Notes under the pieces: generated by a model
The model's database searches: none
The model's input: the letters and a program-made list of their open reading frames with translations, nothing else
What the model was told of the DNA's origin: nothing
Source: Candidatus Saccharibacteria bacterium UBA5150
Lineage (GTDB): Bacteria; Patescibacteriota; Saccharimonadia; Saccharimonadales; UBA4665
Reading direction: 5' to 3'
NCBI GenBank assembly: GCA_002413795.1
Contig: DHXS01000009.1
Location: 7,820 to 71,819 of the forward strand
DNA: 64,000 bases
Made by a program: the position numbers and the translations under genes
Part shown: positions 1 to 8,941 of the stretch, one piece after another
How the letters are laid out: each line of letters begins with the position of its first letter
Position numbering within the stretch: position 1 is the stretch's first letter

Positions 1-111
1 TACAACTACGGCGTTTTCCTGGCCCTGTTCGCCGGCGGCTTTATTGTCGGCCTGGTATTGGAACTGGCCGTCCACCTGGCCACCGCCTCGCGCCGCAAAG
101 GCTACGACTGA
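1..111 (+). CDS. 3' end of a probable membrane protein (partial)
   Basis: Frame 1 is open from base 1 and reads YNYGVFLALFAGGFIVGLVLELAVHLATASRRKGYD*, hydrophobic, with TGA at 109-111. Confidence 0.6.
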   Translation, partial: YNYGVFLALFAGGFIVGLVLELAVHLATASRRKGYD

Positions 112-3066
112 TTATTTATCGGGGGTTTCCGGGGCAACGCTAAAAGAGCCTTCATGATCTATGAAGATGGTGTCGTCACTGCCCGGTTCCAGGTCGGAAC
201 GGTGCTCGGTTTTAGCCGGCGGCCTAGCCGTAGGCCGGGCCTTTATGGTGTTAGGGCTGTCCAGCTGCTGGCGGAGCTCGTCGGCTATTTTATGAACTTC
301 GCCCTGCTCCAGCACATCGCTTGAGATGTTATTGCCGCTTGTGGACTGTGTTGACGAAGTCGGTGGCGTTGCAGTCGGTCGGAAGGCCTGAGAGGCAGCT
401 GACGGCCCGGCTGGCGGCGCTGCGGGCGGCTGGTCGGGCAAGGCCGTGCGGGTCTGGATGGCCGGCGCCGGCGCGGCCGGGGCTGAGCCGCCTTGACGGC
501 GTTTAGCCAGCCACTCGTCCAGGAATGAACCGCTGGCGGCAGGAGGCGCGGCCGGCGCCGGCGCGGTGGCTATAGCCGGCCGGGTACCGGCTGTTCCGCT
601 ATAGCCACCGCCGGTCATCGGCGTGATCTCACCCAAAGTCACCATCCGGGCATTAATTTCCCTCTCGATAATGGCCTTCGGCCGGCCGTATTTAGCCGCC
701 GACAGCTGTTTAAGGGCTTCCGACAACCGCGGATTGGGTGTGCCCAGCGGCGGCAGAGTGGCCATGCTGAAAGGCTGGGTCGGGATGCCGCCGATTAGGG
801 TGCGTACGATAGTGTTGTAGTTCGGTACTCTCAGCAAGTCATCGCTTTCGAAAGTCGGCTGGAAGTATTTGCCCAGGCTCTCGACGTCGTTCTGGCCGAT
901 CCTAAAGGACACGATGGTGCCCATATTACCGAAGACCGAGTCACGGACTTCCTGCGTCAGCTGGGTAGTGAACTGGTTGGCCACAATCAGGTTCAGGCGG
1001 TACTTGCGGGCCTCGGACATAATGGTGGCAAAGCTGTCGGTCGAGAAGTTCTGGAACTCGTCGACGTAAAGGCTGAAGTCCACCCGGTCGTCTTCCGGTA
1101 TATCGGAGCGGCTCATGGCGGCCGCCTGGAACTTCATCACAAAAACCATGCCCAACAGCTTGGAATTAAGCTCGCCGGTGCGCCCCTTGCTCAAATTGAC
1201 CAGCAGGATTTTCTTATTGTCCATAATATTGCGCAGGTCAAAAGCGCTCTTGGTCTGTCCGATTATGTTGCGCATCATTTCGTTACTCAGGAAAGCGCCG
1301 AACTTACTGACGAACCAACTGGTCACCTCACCGAACTCATTGGAGCGCTGGGAGGCCGGCATCTCCTTGTTCCAGAACTCCAGCACATTCATGTCTTTGA
1401 CATGTTGTAATTTCTGCTGTACAAACTTGGGGTCCCGGAATAACTTGGGAATATCTACGAAAGTACCCCCGTTAGGATCGGCCATAATAGTCAGCGCGGC
1501 ATTGCGGAACAAATGCTCGTAGCGCGGTCCCATGATGCCCTGGTGTTGTGGATCGTACAGCTTATACAGCATATTAAGGGCTTCCTGGATCAGGAAATCT
1601 TTCTGGTCCGGGTTGTTATATTCGAACAAATTAAGGCCCATGGGATAGTCCATGTCGGCTGGGCTGAAGTAGATAACATCCTCGGTGCGCTCTTTGGGTA
1701 CCATTGATAAAAGCTTCTCGGCGGTGTCGCCGTGCGGGTCTACAAAGGCAAAGCCGTTGCCGCTGAGCATGTCCTGCAGGGCCAGGTTTTCCAGAAAGGT
1801 CGACTTACCGGTACCGGTCTGTCCGACTACGTACATGTGCCGTTGGCGATCGGTCAGGCTGAGCCGGATCGGCTTCTTGGCCCCTCTAAACAGATTGTAG
1901 CCCAGCAGTAAGCCCTCCTCGGGCACGTTGCGCGGTCCGTCTACCTGCTTGGAGCTCTGGCGGGTCAGCTGGCTGGTCGGTATACTGCGCTCGTCCGGGA
2001 AATGGAACAGCGTGGCCAGCTCCACCGAGTTAAGGATGTTGCCGCCCTGGTGCTGAGGGAAAAAACGCATTATATAAGAGGTTATCAGCCCTTCTATATC
2101 CTTGGCCGGCGTATATTTGAAGCCGTTCTTACCGGGGGCGTCGTACAGGCTGAAGCTGGCCACGATATTACCAAGGATAGCCTGCGCCCGCTGGCTGATG
2201 TTGGAAGAGGCTATTACCCTTATAACCACCTCGTAACCGGGGTGGCGGGTCTTTTCGTCTATAGCGTCCAGGGTGGCCTGCTCCAGGTTGGATAACTCGG
2301 GCTTTTTGGAATCGCCGTCACTACTGCCCTGCGGCGGCTTATTAAAGGCCACTAACAGATCCCTGATTATACCGCTTAAGCCAAGCCCTTTATCGCCCCT
2401 GCGCTTGTTGCTGGCTATGTTGGCGGCGCTTTTGCGCCAGCCGGGATTGGCCGGCCGCATCATTATCTGAATGCCGGCGCCATCCTCTTTGCCCAGGGTC
2501 GACAGGGCGTTTAGAAGAGCCTGCATGCTGTCGCGCTTGAGGTCCTGGAAAGTCGCTATAGGATAGGCGAAGTGCTCTTTAAGAGTCAGCTCGCCGCCGA
2601 GAGTGCCGGAAACCTTGCCCACCGGGCTGAAGATGTTGTGTTCGGCTACTTCCTCCAGCCGGGCAGTGGGATAAGCGCTGTTAATGGCCTGCTTGACTAC
2701 CTCTAAAAGGGCAATCGGCACGGCCGCGTAGAAGTAAACGAACCCCTGGCTGCCGACAATTTCAAAGGCGAAGTGCCTCTGGCCGTAGAAGCTGCTCTTA
2801 AAGTTCTTCTGATAAGTACTGGCGATGATGTTATAGACGGTCTGGGCCTTGCTGATAGTCTCATCGGTAACGTCACGGGCATCGCGGCTGCCGACTTCGA
2901 TGTCATCGCTTGGCGGCGGCAAGTGGATGAACAGCGGCACCATCTTAAGGCCCCGTTCATAGTTTTTTTGTTCACGAAAAGTCCGCCGAGTCTGCAAAAA
3001 AACTATCGGTGCGGCCACTAATATCATCACAAAAATGATGGCCAGGATAGTAAGGAGTGCTGTCAT
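112..3066 (-). CDS. T4SS coupling protein / VirD4-TraG-HerA-like P-loop ATPase with N-terminal membrane anchor
   Basis: RHMYVVGQTGTGKS Walker A, DPHGD, LYVDEFQNF Walker B, EARKY and ANQ motifs; Pro/Ala-rich tail. Confidence 0.8.
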   Translation of the reverse strand: MTALLTILAIIFVMILVAAPIVFLQTRRTFREQKNYERGLKMVPLFIHLPPPSDDIEVGSRDARDVTDETISKAQTVYNIIASTYQKNFKSSFYGQRHFAFEIVGSQGFVYFYAAVPIALLEVVKQAINSAYPTARLEEVAEHNIFSPVGKVSGTLGGELTLKEHFAYPIATFQDLKRDSMQALLNALSTLGKEDGAGIQIMMRPANPGWRKSAANIASNKRRGDKGLGLSGIIRDLLVAFNKPPQGSSDGDSKKPELSNLEQATLDAIDEKTRHPGYEVVIRVIASSNISQRAQAILGNIVASFSLYDAPGKNGFKYTPAKDIEGLITSYIMRFFPQHQGGNILNSVELATLFHFPDERSIPTSQLTRQSSKQVDGPRNVPEEGLLLGYNLFRGAKKPIRLSLTDRQRHMYVVGQTGTGKSTFLENLALQDMLSGNGFAFVDPHGDTAEKLLSMVPKERTEDVIYFSPADMDYPMGLNLFEYNNPDQKDFLIQEALNMLYKLYDPQHQGIMGPRYEHLFRNAALTIMADPNGGTFVDIPKLFRDPKFVQQKLQHVKDMNVLEFWNKEMPASQRSNEFGEVTSWFVSKFGAFLSNEMMRNIIGQTKSAFDLRNIMDNKKILLVNLSKGRTGELNSKLLGMVFVMKFQAAAMSRSDIPEDDRVDFSLYVDEFQNFSTDSFATIMSEARKYRLNLIVANQFTTQLTQEVRDSVFGNMGTIVSFRIGQNDVESLGKYFQPTFESDDLLRVPNYNTIVRTLIGGIPTQPFSMATLPPLGTPNPRLSEALKQLSAAKYGRPKAIIEREINARMVTLGEITPMTGGGYSGTAGTRPAIATAPAPAAPPAASGSFLDEWLAKRRQGGSAPAAPAPAIQTRTALPDQPPAAPPAGPSAASQAFRPTATPPTSSTQSTSGNNISSDVLEQGEVHKIADELRQQLDSPNTIKARPTARPPAKTEHRSDLEPGSDDTIFIDHEGSFSVAPETPDK

Positions 3067-3071
3067 TTGGT

Positions 3072-3494
3072 CTACTTATTAAGTTTAATGGCCTTGTTGT
3101 AGCGCTGTTGCATATAATCAGCCTTGACCACTGTTAACTCCTCGCTTTGCTTGTAAGGATCCTCGCGGGTGTTGTCGACAATCCTCTTCGCTTTGTTAAC
3201 CCACTCTTTTTCAATAAGATCACCATCATCCGCCAGGGGTGAATCAGCTGCCGGCGTTGTGCCGGACACACCGCTTTGGGGCAGCGCGGCGGTCGGCGCC
3301 GGCGGCACCGGTATGGTCAGGGGTGGCACCGCTGCGCCCGGCCGGGCTGGCGCAGGTGCCTTTTCAGCAGTAGCGGCCTGAGACTGCTCAACAACCGAAC
3401 CGTCTTCTTCGACCGTTAGATCAATTGACGGTGCCCGTTCTTGAACCGCAGGCGGCAACTGATTTCCACTGGCTTCGTTGTTTGGCGGGTTCAT
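3072..3494 (-). CDS. Hypothetical protein with Pro-rich N-terminus and compact C-terminal domain (DLIEKEWV...DPY...KADY)
   Basis: ORF track. ATG 3494 lies 7 nt after TATAAT and the gene sits directly upstream of the coupling-protein gene. Confidence 0.65.
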   Translation of the reverse strand: MNPPNNEASGNQLPPAVQERAPSIDLTVEEDGSVVEQSQAATAEKAPAPARPGAAVPPLTIPVPPAPTAALPQSGVSGTTPAADSPLADDGDLIEKEWVNKAKRIVDNTREDPYKQSEELTVVKADYMQQRYNKAIKLNK

Positions 3495-3511
3495 ACTACC
3501 CATTATACAAC

Positions 3512-3886
3512 TTAGCTACTTAAATTGCGCTGGCTGGTTTTAAGATAAGCGCTATAAAAATAACCTAAGATTGACAGGGGCAATAAGACCGTCAGGTCGC
3601 GCCGATTGAGCTCGCCGATCGACTGCAGAGCTATTAAGCCGGCCGTGATAAGCGTCAGGTAGACCGCCAGCGAGCGCTGGCGTTTTATAGTTACCCCGTA
3701 TAACCTGCCCAGCCTCAGCAAACCGCGAACTAGCTGGTAGAGAGTCAGGCTAAGCAAGCCGAAACCGATGATCACCACGAATGAAGGCACCTTGCTAACA
3801 TCGGTGGTACAGAATAATAAAACGTCCGCCAGGAGTAGGCAGACGGTTTGGCGGATAGATTGATTAGAGGTTATTTTCATGATCAA
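3512..3886 (-). CDS. Small multi-pass membrane protein
   Basis: About four hydrophobic segments; same strand as the next two genes. Confidence 0.6.
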   Translation of the reverse strand: MIMKITSNQSIRQTVCLLLADVLLFCTTDVSKVPSFVVIIGFGLLSLTLYQLVRGLLRLGRLYGVTIKRQRSLAVYLTLITAGLIALQSIGELNRRDLTVLLPLSILGYFYSAYLKTSQRNLSS

Positions 3887-3888
3887 AA

Positions 3889-4082
3889 TGGTGCCGGGGC
3901 GACAAATCCGCTCATAATTATTAGACTATTGGAGCGCTTGCCGCCCAACGGCGAGACTGACCGCTCTATCGGCTTTTAGGGCCAAACAGAGCGCCATACG
4001 GATTAACTCCGTTGTAAGTCTGCCCCCGCGAGGGCTACGTGAGGCTAAATTGTACGAACCTTTTTGTTTTTGGACTTACAGA
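3889..4082 (-). ncRNA. Candidate structured RNA or 5' leader, family unknown
   Basis: Upstream promoter TTGACA-17-TAGCAT (4114-4086); several predicted stems; ends GCCCCGGCACCA. Confidence 0.4.
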
Positions 4083-4220
4083 TTTATGCTAGCATGACGG
4101 GCTCAAAATGTCAATCTGCTTATGCTTCCCGGACGCGGCCTCAAAAGTTATGCACAGGTTTATGAAAAAATTAAGCATAATTGTTATTGACGGCCTTAAT
4201 TCGATTCTATAAGATAACAA

Positions 4221-4390
4221 TAGCACTTGAACAAATTAAGTGCTCAAAAACAAAAAGACCCCTGGAGACAACAATTTCTCGCAAGTTGTTGTCTCCACCA
4301 AAAAAGAACAAACCCCAAAACCTTAAAAGCCAAACAAAAACATTAAATAATCGTTAAAACACCTTGTCTTTCCCGGGACAAGGTGTTTTA
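4221..4390 (+). ncRNA. Candidate sRNA with hairpins, A-rich linkers and a terminator
   Basis: Promoter TTGACG-17-TAAGAT (4187-4215); hairpins at 4222-4244 and 4263-4297; terminator-like hairpin at 4355-4390. Confidence 0.45.
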
Positions 4391-4440
4391 CTTTGTCTTG
4401 AAAAGAGCGCGGTGGGCCGCAAATGGAGGTTTAAAGGCCT

Positions 4441-5976
4441 ATGGGTGCCAGCGTGCAGAGTATTATCAGTAACGGCAGTGACGGAACTATAGTTGATATC
4501 GAATGTCACCTCTCAAATAACCTACCAAACATCATAATTGTTGGTTTTGCTAACAAGGCTGTCGATGAAGCCCGCGAACGTATCAGGGGTGCATTCGCAA
4601 CTAGCCTAATAATGCTACCTCGCAAAAGGGTCATTATTAACCTGGCGCCGGCCGACATCCCCAAAGCCGACAGCGGCTTCGATCTGGCCATCGCCGTAGC
4701 CATCTTACTGGCCAACGGCCAGCTGAGCGGCTTGCCCAGGGGTAAACAGGCTTTTATCGGCGAATTAGGCTTAGATGGCACTACTAGAGCTGTTCGTGGC
4801 ATCATAGGTAAACTGCTGACCGGACGAGCCAACGGCATCAGAACCTTCTATATCCCGGCGACCAATCTGCCGCAAGCCCAATTAGTCCCTAAAGTTACTC
4901 TAGTACCTGTTAAGAACCTCCAGCAACTGTATGGCCACTTAACCCATTTGCTGCCAATCAAACCTGTTAAAACCGGTTCGGGCCGCTACCGCTTGCCTGC
5001 CACCAAAGCTCCTACGGTGAATGTGCACCTGAGCGAGGTGGTTGGCCAGGAGCAAGCCAAGCGAGCCCTCGAAATCGCCGCGGCCGGCGGCCACAATGTC
5101 TTTTTCGGTGGACCTCCGGGCACCGGCAAAAGCATGCTAGCCAAAGCCCTGGCCTCCATTTTGCCGCCCCTTAACGGAGAAGAGATTTTAGAAGTTACTC
5201 ATCTGCACAGCTTGGCCGGCCGCGATTACGAGCATATCGTCACCGAGCGCCCCTTTCGATCACCGCATCACAGCGCCAGCCACGCAGCAGTGTTAGGTGG
5301 CGGCAACAAGCTGCGGCCGGGTGAAATCAGCCTAGCCCACCGCGGGGTACTGTTTTTCGACGAATTACCGGAGTTCAGCCGCGAAACCCTCGAGGCCTTG
5401 CGCCAACCGCTTGAAGATCGCGTTATCAGCATTGCCCGAGTCAAAGAGACAGCCGAATACCCGGCCAATTTCATGCTGGTAGCCACAGCTAACCCCTGTC
5501 CTTGCGGCTATTATGGCACCGACAAGGGCTGTCGCTGCCTGCCATCGGCAATGTTGCGCTATCGTGGCAAGTTATCTGGCCCCATTCTGGACCGCATCGA
5601 TCTCTATACCAGTGTTCATAAAATCGAGCACGACAAACTCCTGGTACAGGCGCTCGACCTCAAGGCCGAAGAAAAGGTAAGGCAGCGGGTTATCCGGGCC
5701 CGCAAACAGCAAGCCAAGCGCTTCAGGCATTCCGGTAAGCTTAACGCCGACATGACTAACGGTGATATCAGGCAGCTTAGTCGTATCAATCCCGAGGCCG
5801 GCGTTCTTCTCAACCGGGCCGCAGTTAAGAGGGGCTTGTCAGCCCGTGGTTATATGAGAACTATAAAAGTTGCCCGTACCATCGCCGACCTCGAAGCCTC
5901 ATTAATAATTACTGTGGCGCACATCAGCGAAGCCCTGGGTTACTGTTCGACTCAAAATTTCTTCTCCAAGCCATGA
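4441..5976 (+). CDS. comM: YifB/ComM family Mg-chelatase-like AAA+ ATPase
   Basis: NLAPADIPK, GPPGTGKSML, PFRSPHH, PGEISLAHRGVLFFDELPEF, NPCPCG, SGPILDRID motifs. Confidence 0.92.
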   Translation: MGASVQSIISNGSDGTIVDIECHLSNNLPNIIIVGFANKAVDEARERIRGAFATSLIMLPRKRVIINLAPADIPKADSGFDLAIAVAILLANGQLSGLPRGKQAFIGELGLDGTTRAVRGIIGKLLTGRANGIRTFYIPATNLPQAQLVPKVTLVPVKNLQQLYGHLTHLLPIKPVKTGSGRYRLPATKAPTVNVHLSEVVGQEQAKRALEIAAAGGHNVFFGGPPGTGKSMLAKALASILPPLNGEEILEVTHLHSLAGRDYEHIVTERPFRSPHHSASHAAVLGGGNKLRPGEISLAHRGVLFFDELPEFSRETLEALRQPLEDRVISIARVKETAEYPANFMLVATANPCPCGYYGTDKGCRCLPSAMLRYRGKLSGPILDRIDLYTSVHKIEHDKLLVQALDLKAEEKVRQRVIRARKQQAKRFRHSGKLNADMTNGDIRQLSRINPEAGVLLNRAAVKRGLSARGYMRTIKVARTIADLEASLIITVAHISEALGYCSTQNFFSKP

Positions 5977-6002
5977 GACTATCAACAATAAAATTTGAAG
6001 GT

Positions 6003-6032
6003 ACCTACATAAAACGTACATATTATGTAGGT
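6003..6032. promoter_or_regulatory. Perfect inverted repeat upstream of RHH gene (candidate operator)
   Basis: ACCTACATAA-N10-TTATGTAGGT. Confidence 0.5.
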
Positions 6033-6072
6033 GTTAAGGGTATGGTATGGGGTAATCATGTATGGAATATGT

Positions 6073-6270
6073 ATGGACAGCAAAACTATTAATCTAACAA
6101 TCCCTGCCAATCTTCTTGCCGAACTAGATGAGGCGGCCAAAGCAAACTACACCTCGCGAAGCGACTATATACGTGAGTCCGTAGTGCTGCGTCTCAAAAA
6201 GCAGCATGTCGTCGATAATTCCACCGAGAATGAACCTTCCCCGGCTGGCGGTTCATTGTTTGACCTCTGA
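6073..6270 (+). CDS. CopG/ribbon-helix-helix DNA-binding protein
   Basis: TINLTIPANLLAELDEAAKANYTSRSDYIRESV fits the RHH pattern. Confidence 0.75.
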   Translation: MDSKTINLTIPANLLAELDEAAKANYTSRSDYIRESVVLRLKKQHVVDNSTENEPSPAGGSLFDL

Positions 6271-6331
6271 GGTGTCATCTGTTAGAATGGCTTTACGTCA
6301 AAACTAATAATGTTTAACGGGAGATCAGGTC

Positions 6332-6871
6332 ATAGCCAAATACACCCGCCTGAATGATCAAATTCGGGCACCCAAGCTGCGTGTTATAGATGAAAACGGC
6401 AAGCAGCTCGGCATCTTGAGCAAGCAGGAAGCCTTGGCCATGGCCCAGGAACGCGACCTAGATCTGGTGGAGATTTCGCCGGATGCCGATCCGCCGGTTT
6501 GCAAAATCGTCGATTGGGGCAAGTACAATTACCAGCGTACCAAGCAGCTTCAAAAGAACCGCAAAACCGCCAAAACGCTCGATATGAAACAGATGCGTTT
6601 CGGACTCAAGATCGGCGCCCACGACCTGGCTATCAAGATGGGCAAGGTCACCAAGTTCCTGGAGATTGGCCATAAAGTTAAAATCACCATCGTTTACCGG
6701 GGACGCGAGCAAGCCCACAAGGAAATCGGCTTTAACATCGCTCAAAAGGTAATCGAGAGCTTCGGTGATACAATAATAGTCGACCAGCAGCCGCAATTAG
6801 CCGGCCGCCAACTCAATTTCGTCATAAGACACAGTGGAAGGAAACAAGATGCCAAAACTGAAAACCCATAG
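6332..6871 (+). CDS. infC: Translation initiation factor IF-3 (probable non-canonical AUA start)
   Basis: The in-frame upstream extension RLNDQIRAPKLRVIDENGKQLGI, starting at ATA 6332 after GGGAG, precedes DLVEISP..PPVCKIVDWGKY. Confidence 0.93.
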   Translation: MAKYTRLNDQIRAPKLRVIDENGKQLGILSKQEALAMAQERDLDLVEISPDADPPVCKIVDWGKYNYQRTKQLQKNRKTAKTLDMKQMRFGLKIGAHDLAIKMGKVTKFLEIGHKVKITIVYRGREQAHKEIGFNIAQKVIESFGDTIIVDQQPQLAGRQLNFVIRHSGRKQDAKTENP

Positions 6872-7043
6872 CGGTACCAAAGACCGCGTTAGAGTCAGCA
6901 AGAACGGTAAGGTCCGGGTCGGCAGTGCCAACCTGAACCACTTTTTGGGCAAGAAAAGCGGCAGCCGTAAGCGCGCTCTGCGCGGCCTGACCACGCGAAA
7001 AGGCAAAATGGCCAAGAACATTAAGAAGAATCTGGGAGTTTAA
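6849..7043 (+). CDS. rpmI: 50S ribosomal protein L35
   Basis: MPKLKTHSG..KDR; lies between infC and rplT. Confidence 0.93.
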   Translation: MPKLKTHSGTKDRVRVSKNGKVRVGSANLNHFLGKKSGSRKRALRGLTTRKGKMAKNIKKNLGV

Positions 7044-7046
7044 CAG

Positions 7047-7391
7047 ATGCGAGTCAAACGCGGCGTCACCGGGCACGCCAAGCACAAGAAGATCCGGAAA
7101 GCCACCAAGGGCTTCAGCCACCCCAACCGGGTCAGTGTTAAGCGCGGCAAGCAAGCCGTTACCAAGTCACTTCAGCACGCCACCCGCGACCGCAAGAACC
7201 GCAAGCGCACCTTCCGTGAACTGTGGAACGCCCGCATCAATGCCGCCGCCCGCTTAAACGGCACTACCTATAGCAAGCTGATCGCCGGCCTCAAAAAGGC
7301 CAATATCACCCTGGACCGCAAAGTCCTGGCCGAACTGGCCGTCAACGAACCAAAGGCCTTCACGGCCGTCGTCAAGGCCGCCCTAAAATAA
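7047..7391 (+). CDS. rplT: 50S ribosomal protein L20
   Basis: MRVKRGV...[23 protein letters not shown]...[24 protein letters not shown]. Confidence 0.97.
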   Translation: MRVKRGVTGHAKHKKIRKATKGFSHPNRVSVKRGKQAVTKSLQHATRDRKNRKRTFRELWNARINAAARLNGTTYSKLIAGLKKANITLDRKVLAELAVNEPKAFTAVVKAALK

Positions 7392-7413
7392 AAAGCCCCT
7401 CACGGGGCTTTTT
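7391..7413. terminator. Bidirectional intrinsic terminator
   Basis: AAAAAGCCCC-TCAC-GGGGCTTTTT between convergent rplT and rnpB. Confidence 0.8.
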
Positions 7414-7417
7414 AAGC

Positions 7418-7785
7418 GGCCAGATTATCTGTAAGCCGGGTTCTGTCGAGCCTGGTCATCTATCTAGGCGGCGCATTACTGCGCAACTCGAGCGGTTTTT
7501 GTGATGGGTCCTTAGCGGGACGCTTTAGGCTTTAGGCCTCAAAGTATCCATCTCCTTGCAGCAGGCAGGGTTTACCTCTTTCCGGCGTCACCGCCGGAAA
7601 CTGCGGGCTTTTACCCCGCTCGTTTCACCCTTACCCATGCACCTTTGTTGATAAAGGTGCTGGGCGGTTTCGTTTCTGTGGCACTTTCCCTGGGGTTGCC
7701 CCCGGTCGCCGTTAGCGACTGCCATTTCCCTTTGCTGCCCGGACTTTCCTCGTGCCGGAGCACGCGACCAGTCAATAATCTGACC
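7418..7785 (-). ncRNA. rnpB: RNase P RNA
   Basis: Minus strand has GAGGAAAGTCCGGGC near the 5' end, AGTGCCACAGAAA, and ACAGAACCCGGCTTAC at the 3' end; paired termini; TATAAT upstream. Confidence 0.95.
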
Positions 7786-7809
7786 ACTGTTGATTATAGC
7801 ACTTATGGC

Positions 7810-8511
7810 TTAATCTGTCACGTCGGTTTGCTCGGGCACAATGCCCAGCTGTTGGTCCAGCGCGCGGTTGACGGCGGCGTCGGCCAGCTTGTTGAACTCG
7901 CGCGGCACATGGCTAAAGCTGATCTTTTCAAACTTTTCAGCCATTTGCCGGATAGCGTCGTGGATCGGCCAAAGGTCGCGGTTCTTAACTTTAAAGATGC
8001 CTTTCATCTGGTTAACCACCAGCAAGCTGTCCAGGTAGACCTGTACCTCGCGGACGCCCATCTTGAGACATTCTTCGAGGGCCAGTTTCAAGGCCGTGTA
8101 TTCGGCCTGGTTGTTGGTGGTAACGCCCAGGTAAACACCCTTGTCGACCAGTATGGTATCTTCCAGGTCGAGCACCACGAAGCCGCTGGCGCTAGGGCCG
8201 GGGTTGCCGCGCGAGCCGCCGTCGGCAAAGACTTTAACCTTTTCGGGATGCGGCTCAACATCGGCCGCGGCTGGCCGGCCGGCCACCAGCTCGTCAATGG
8301 CCTCGGCCATTTCATAGTCTTTATCGGTGATCTTCTTGCCGCCTTCGTGGGTGATCAGCCAGATCTGCACCACGCTCCACTCGTTTTCCCAGCGCGGGTG
8401 GTGCTGGGCCTCTTCGGCCAGCTCGGCCACCTTGGTCATAAAAGCCCACGCTTCTTTGAAATTTTCGAAGTTAAATTGCTTATAAAGCCCGTGTTTGGTT
8501 TCTTTCCACAT
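7810..8511 (-). CDS. rnhA: Fusion of a pterin-4a-carbinolamine dehydratase-like domain and ribonuclease HI
   Basis: N-terminus: FNFENFKEAWAFMTKVAELAEEAQHHP...THEG..ITDKD. C-terminus: ADGGSRGNPG, TNNQAEY, DSLLVVNQM, HVPREFNKLAD. Confidence 0.85.
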   Translation of the reverse strand: MWKETKHGLYKQFNFENFKEAWAFMTKVAELAEEAQHHPRWENEWSVVQIWLITHEGGKKITDKDYEMAEAIDELVAGRPAAADVEPHPEKVKVFADGGSRGNPGPSASGFVVLDLEDTILVDKGVYLGVTTNNQAEYTALKLALEECLKMGVREVQVYLDSLLVVNQMKGIFKVKNRDLWPIHDAIRQMAEKFEKISFSHVPREFNKLADAAVNRALDQQLGIVPEQTDVTD

Positions 8512-8672
8512 GCTCTCTATCTTAACATGGTCGGCCTTCAGACCTTACGCTTGAACTTAATCACATTATAATAGCTACTCGCAAGTACAAGCGATTCAAC
8601 AATCAGCTTCGTGATCTGCTGGAAATGCCCGAACGTGATAAGCCGGAGCAACCAGTAATGTTATAATTATAG

Positions 8673-8903
8673 GTGTTATTACAAGGGGTTGCAGCATTGA
8701 GTAATAAAAATAACCATTCCGAACTCACTAGGCTTCTGCTAAAAGCTAAGAAGCAGATTGAGGCTGGCGAAAATACTAGCAAGCGCAGTCAAACCGAGCT
8801 GACGAACGTGAAGCTCGACGAACATACGATTATCGGCAAGGATGGTATTCCGGTCAAAGAAACCGACCAGTCATCTGAAGATAAGACCATCGTTGCTGAA
8901 TAA
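8673..8903 (+). CDS. Hypothetical protein
   Basis: 76-aa ORF at the island's left end; start uncertain. Confidence 0.45.
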   Translation: MLLQGVAALSNKNNHSELTRLLLKAKKQIEAGENTSKRSQTELTNVKLDEHTIIGKDGIPVKETDQSSEDKTIVAE

Positions 8904-8941
8904 CTATAAGCCAGACATAGCTTGAACTATAGAAAGAGACT

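Noticed and set aside
112..3066. Conjugative element
   Set aside because: No relaxase or mating-pair genes in the window; such ATPases are common chromosomal genes in CPR.
3889..4082. tmRNA, SRP RNA or retron msr-msd
   Set aside because: No tag reading frame or T-loop, no SRP helix-8 motif, and no reverse transcriptase in the window.
7645..8571. 308-aa plus-strand ORF
   Set aside because: Antisense shadow of rnhA and rnpB, with no recognisable motifs.
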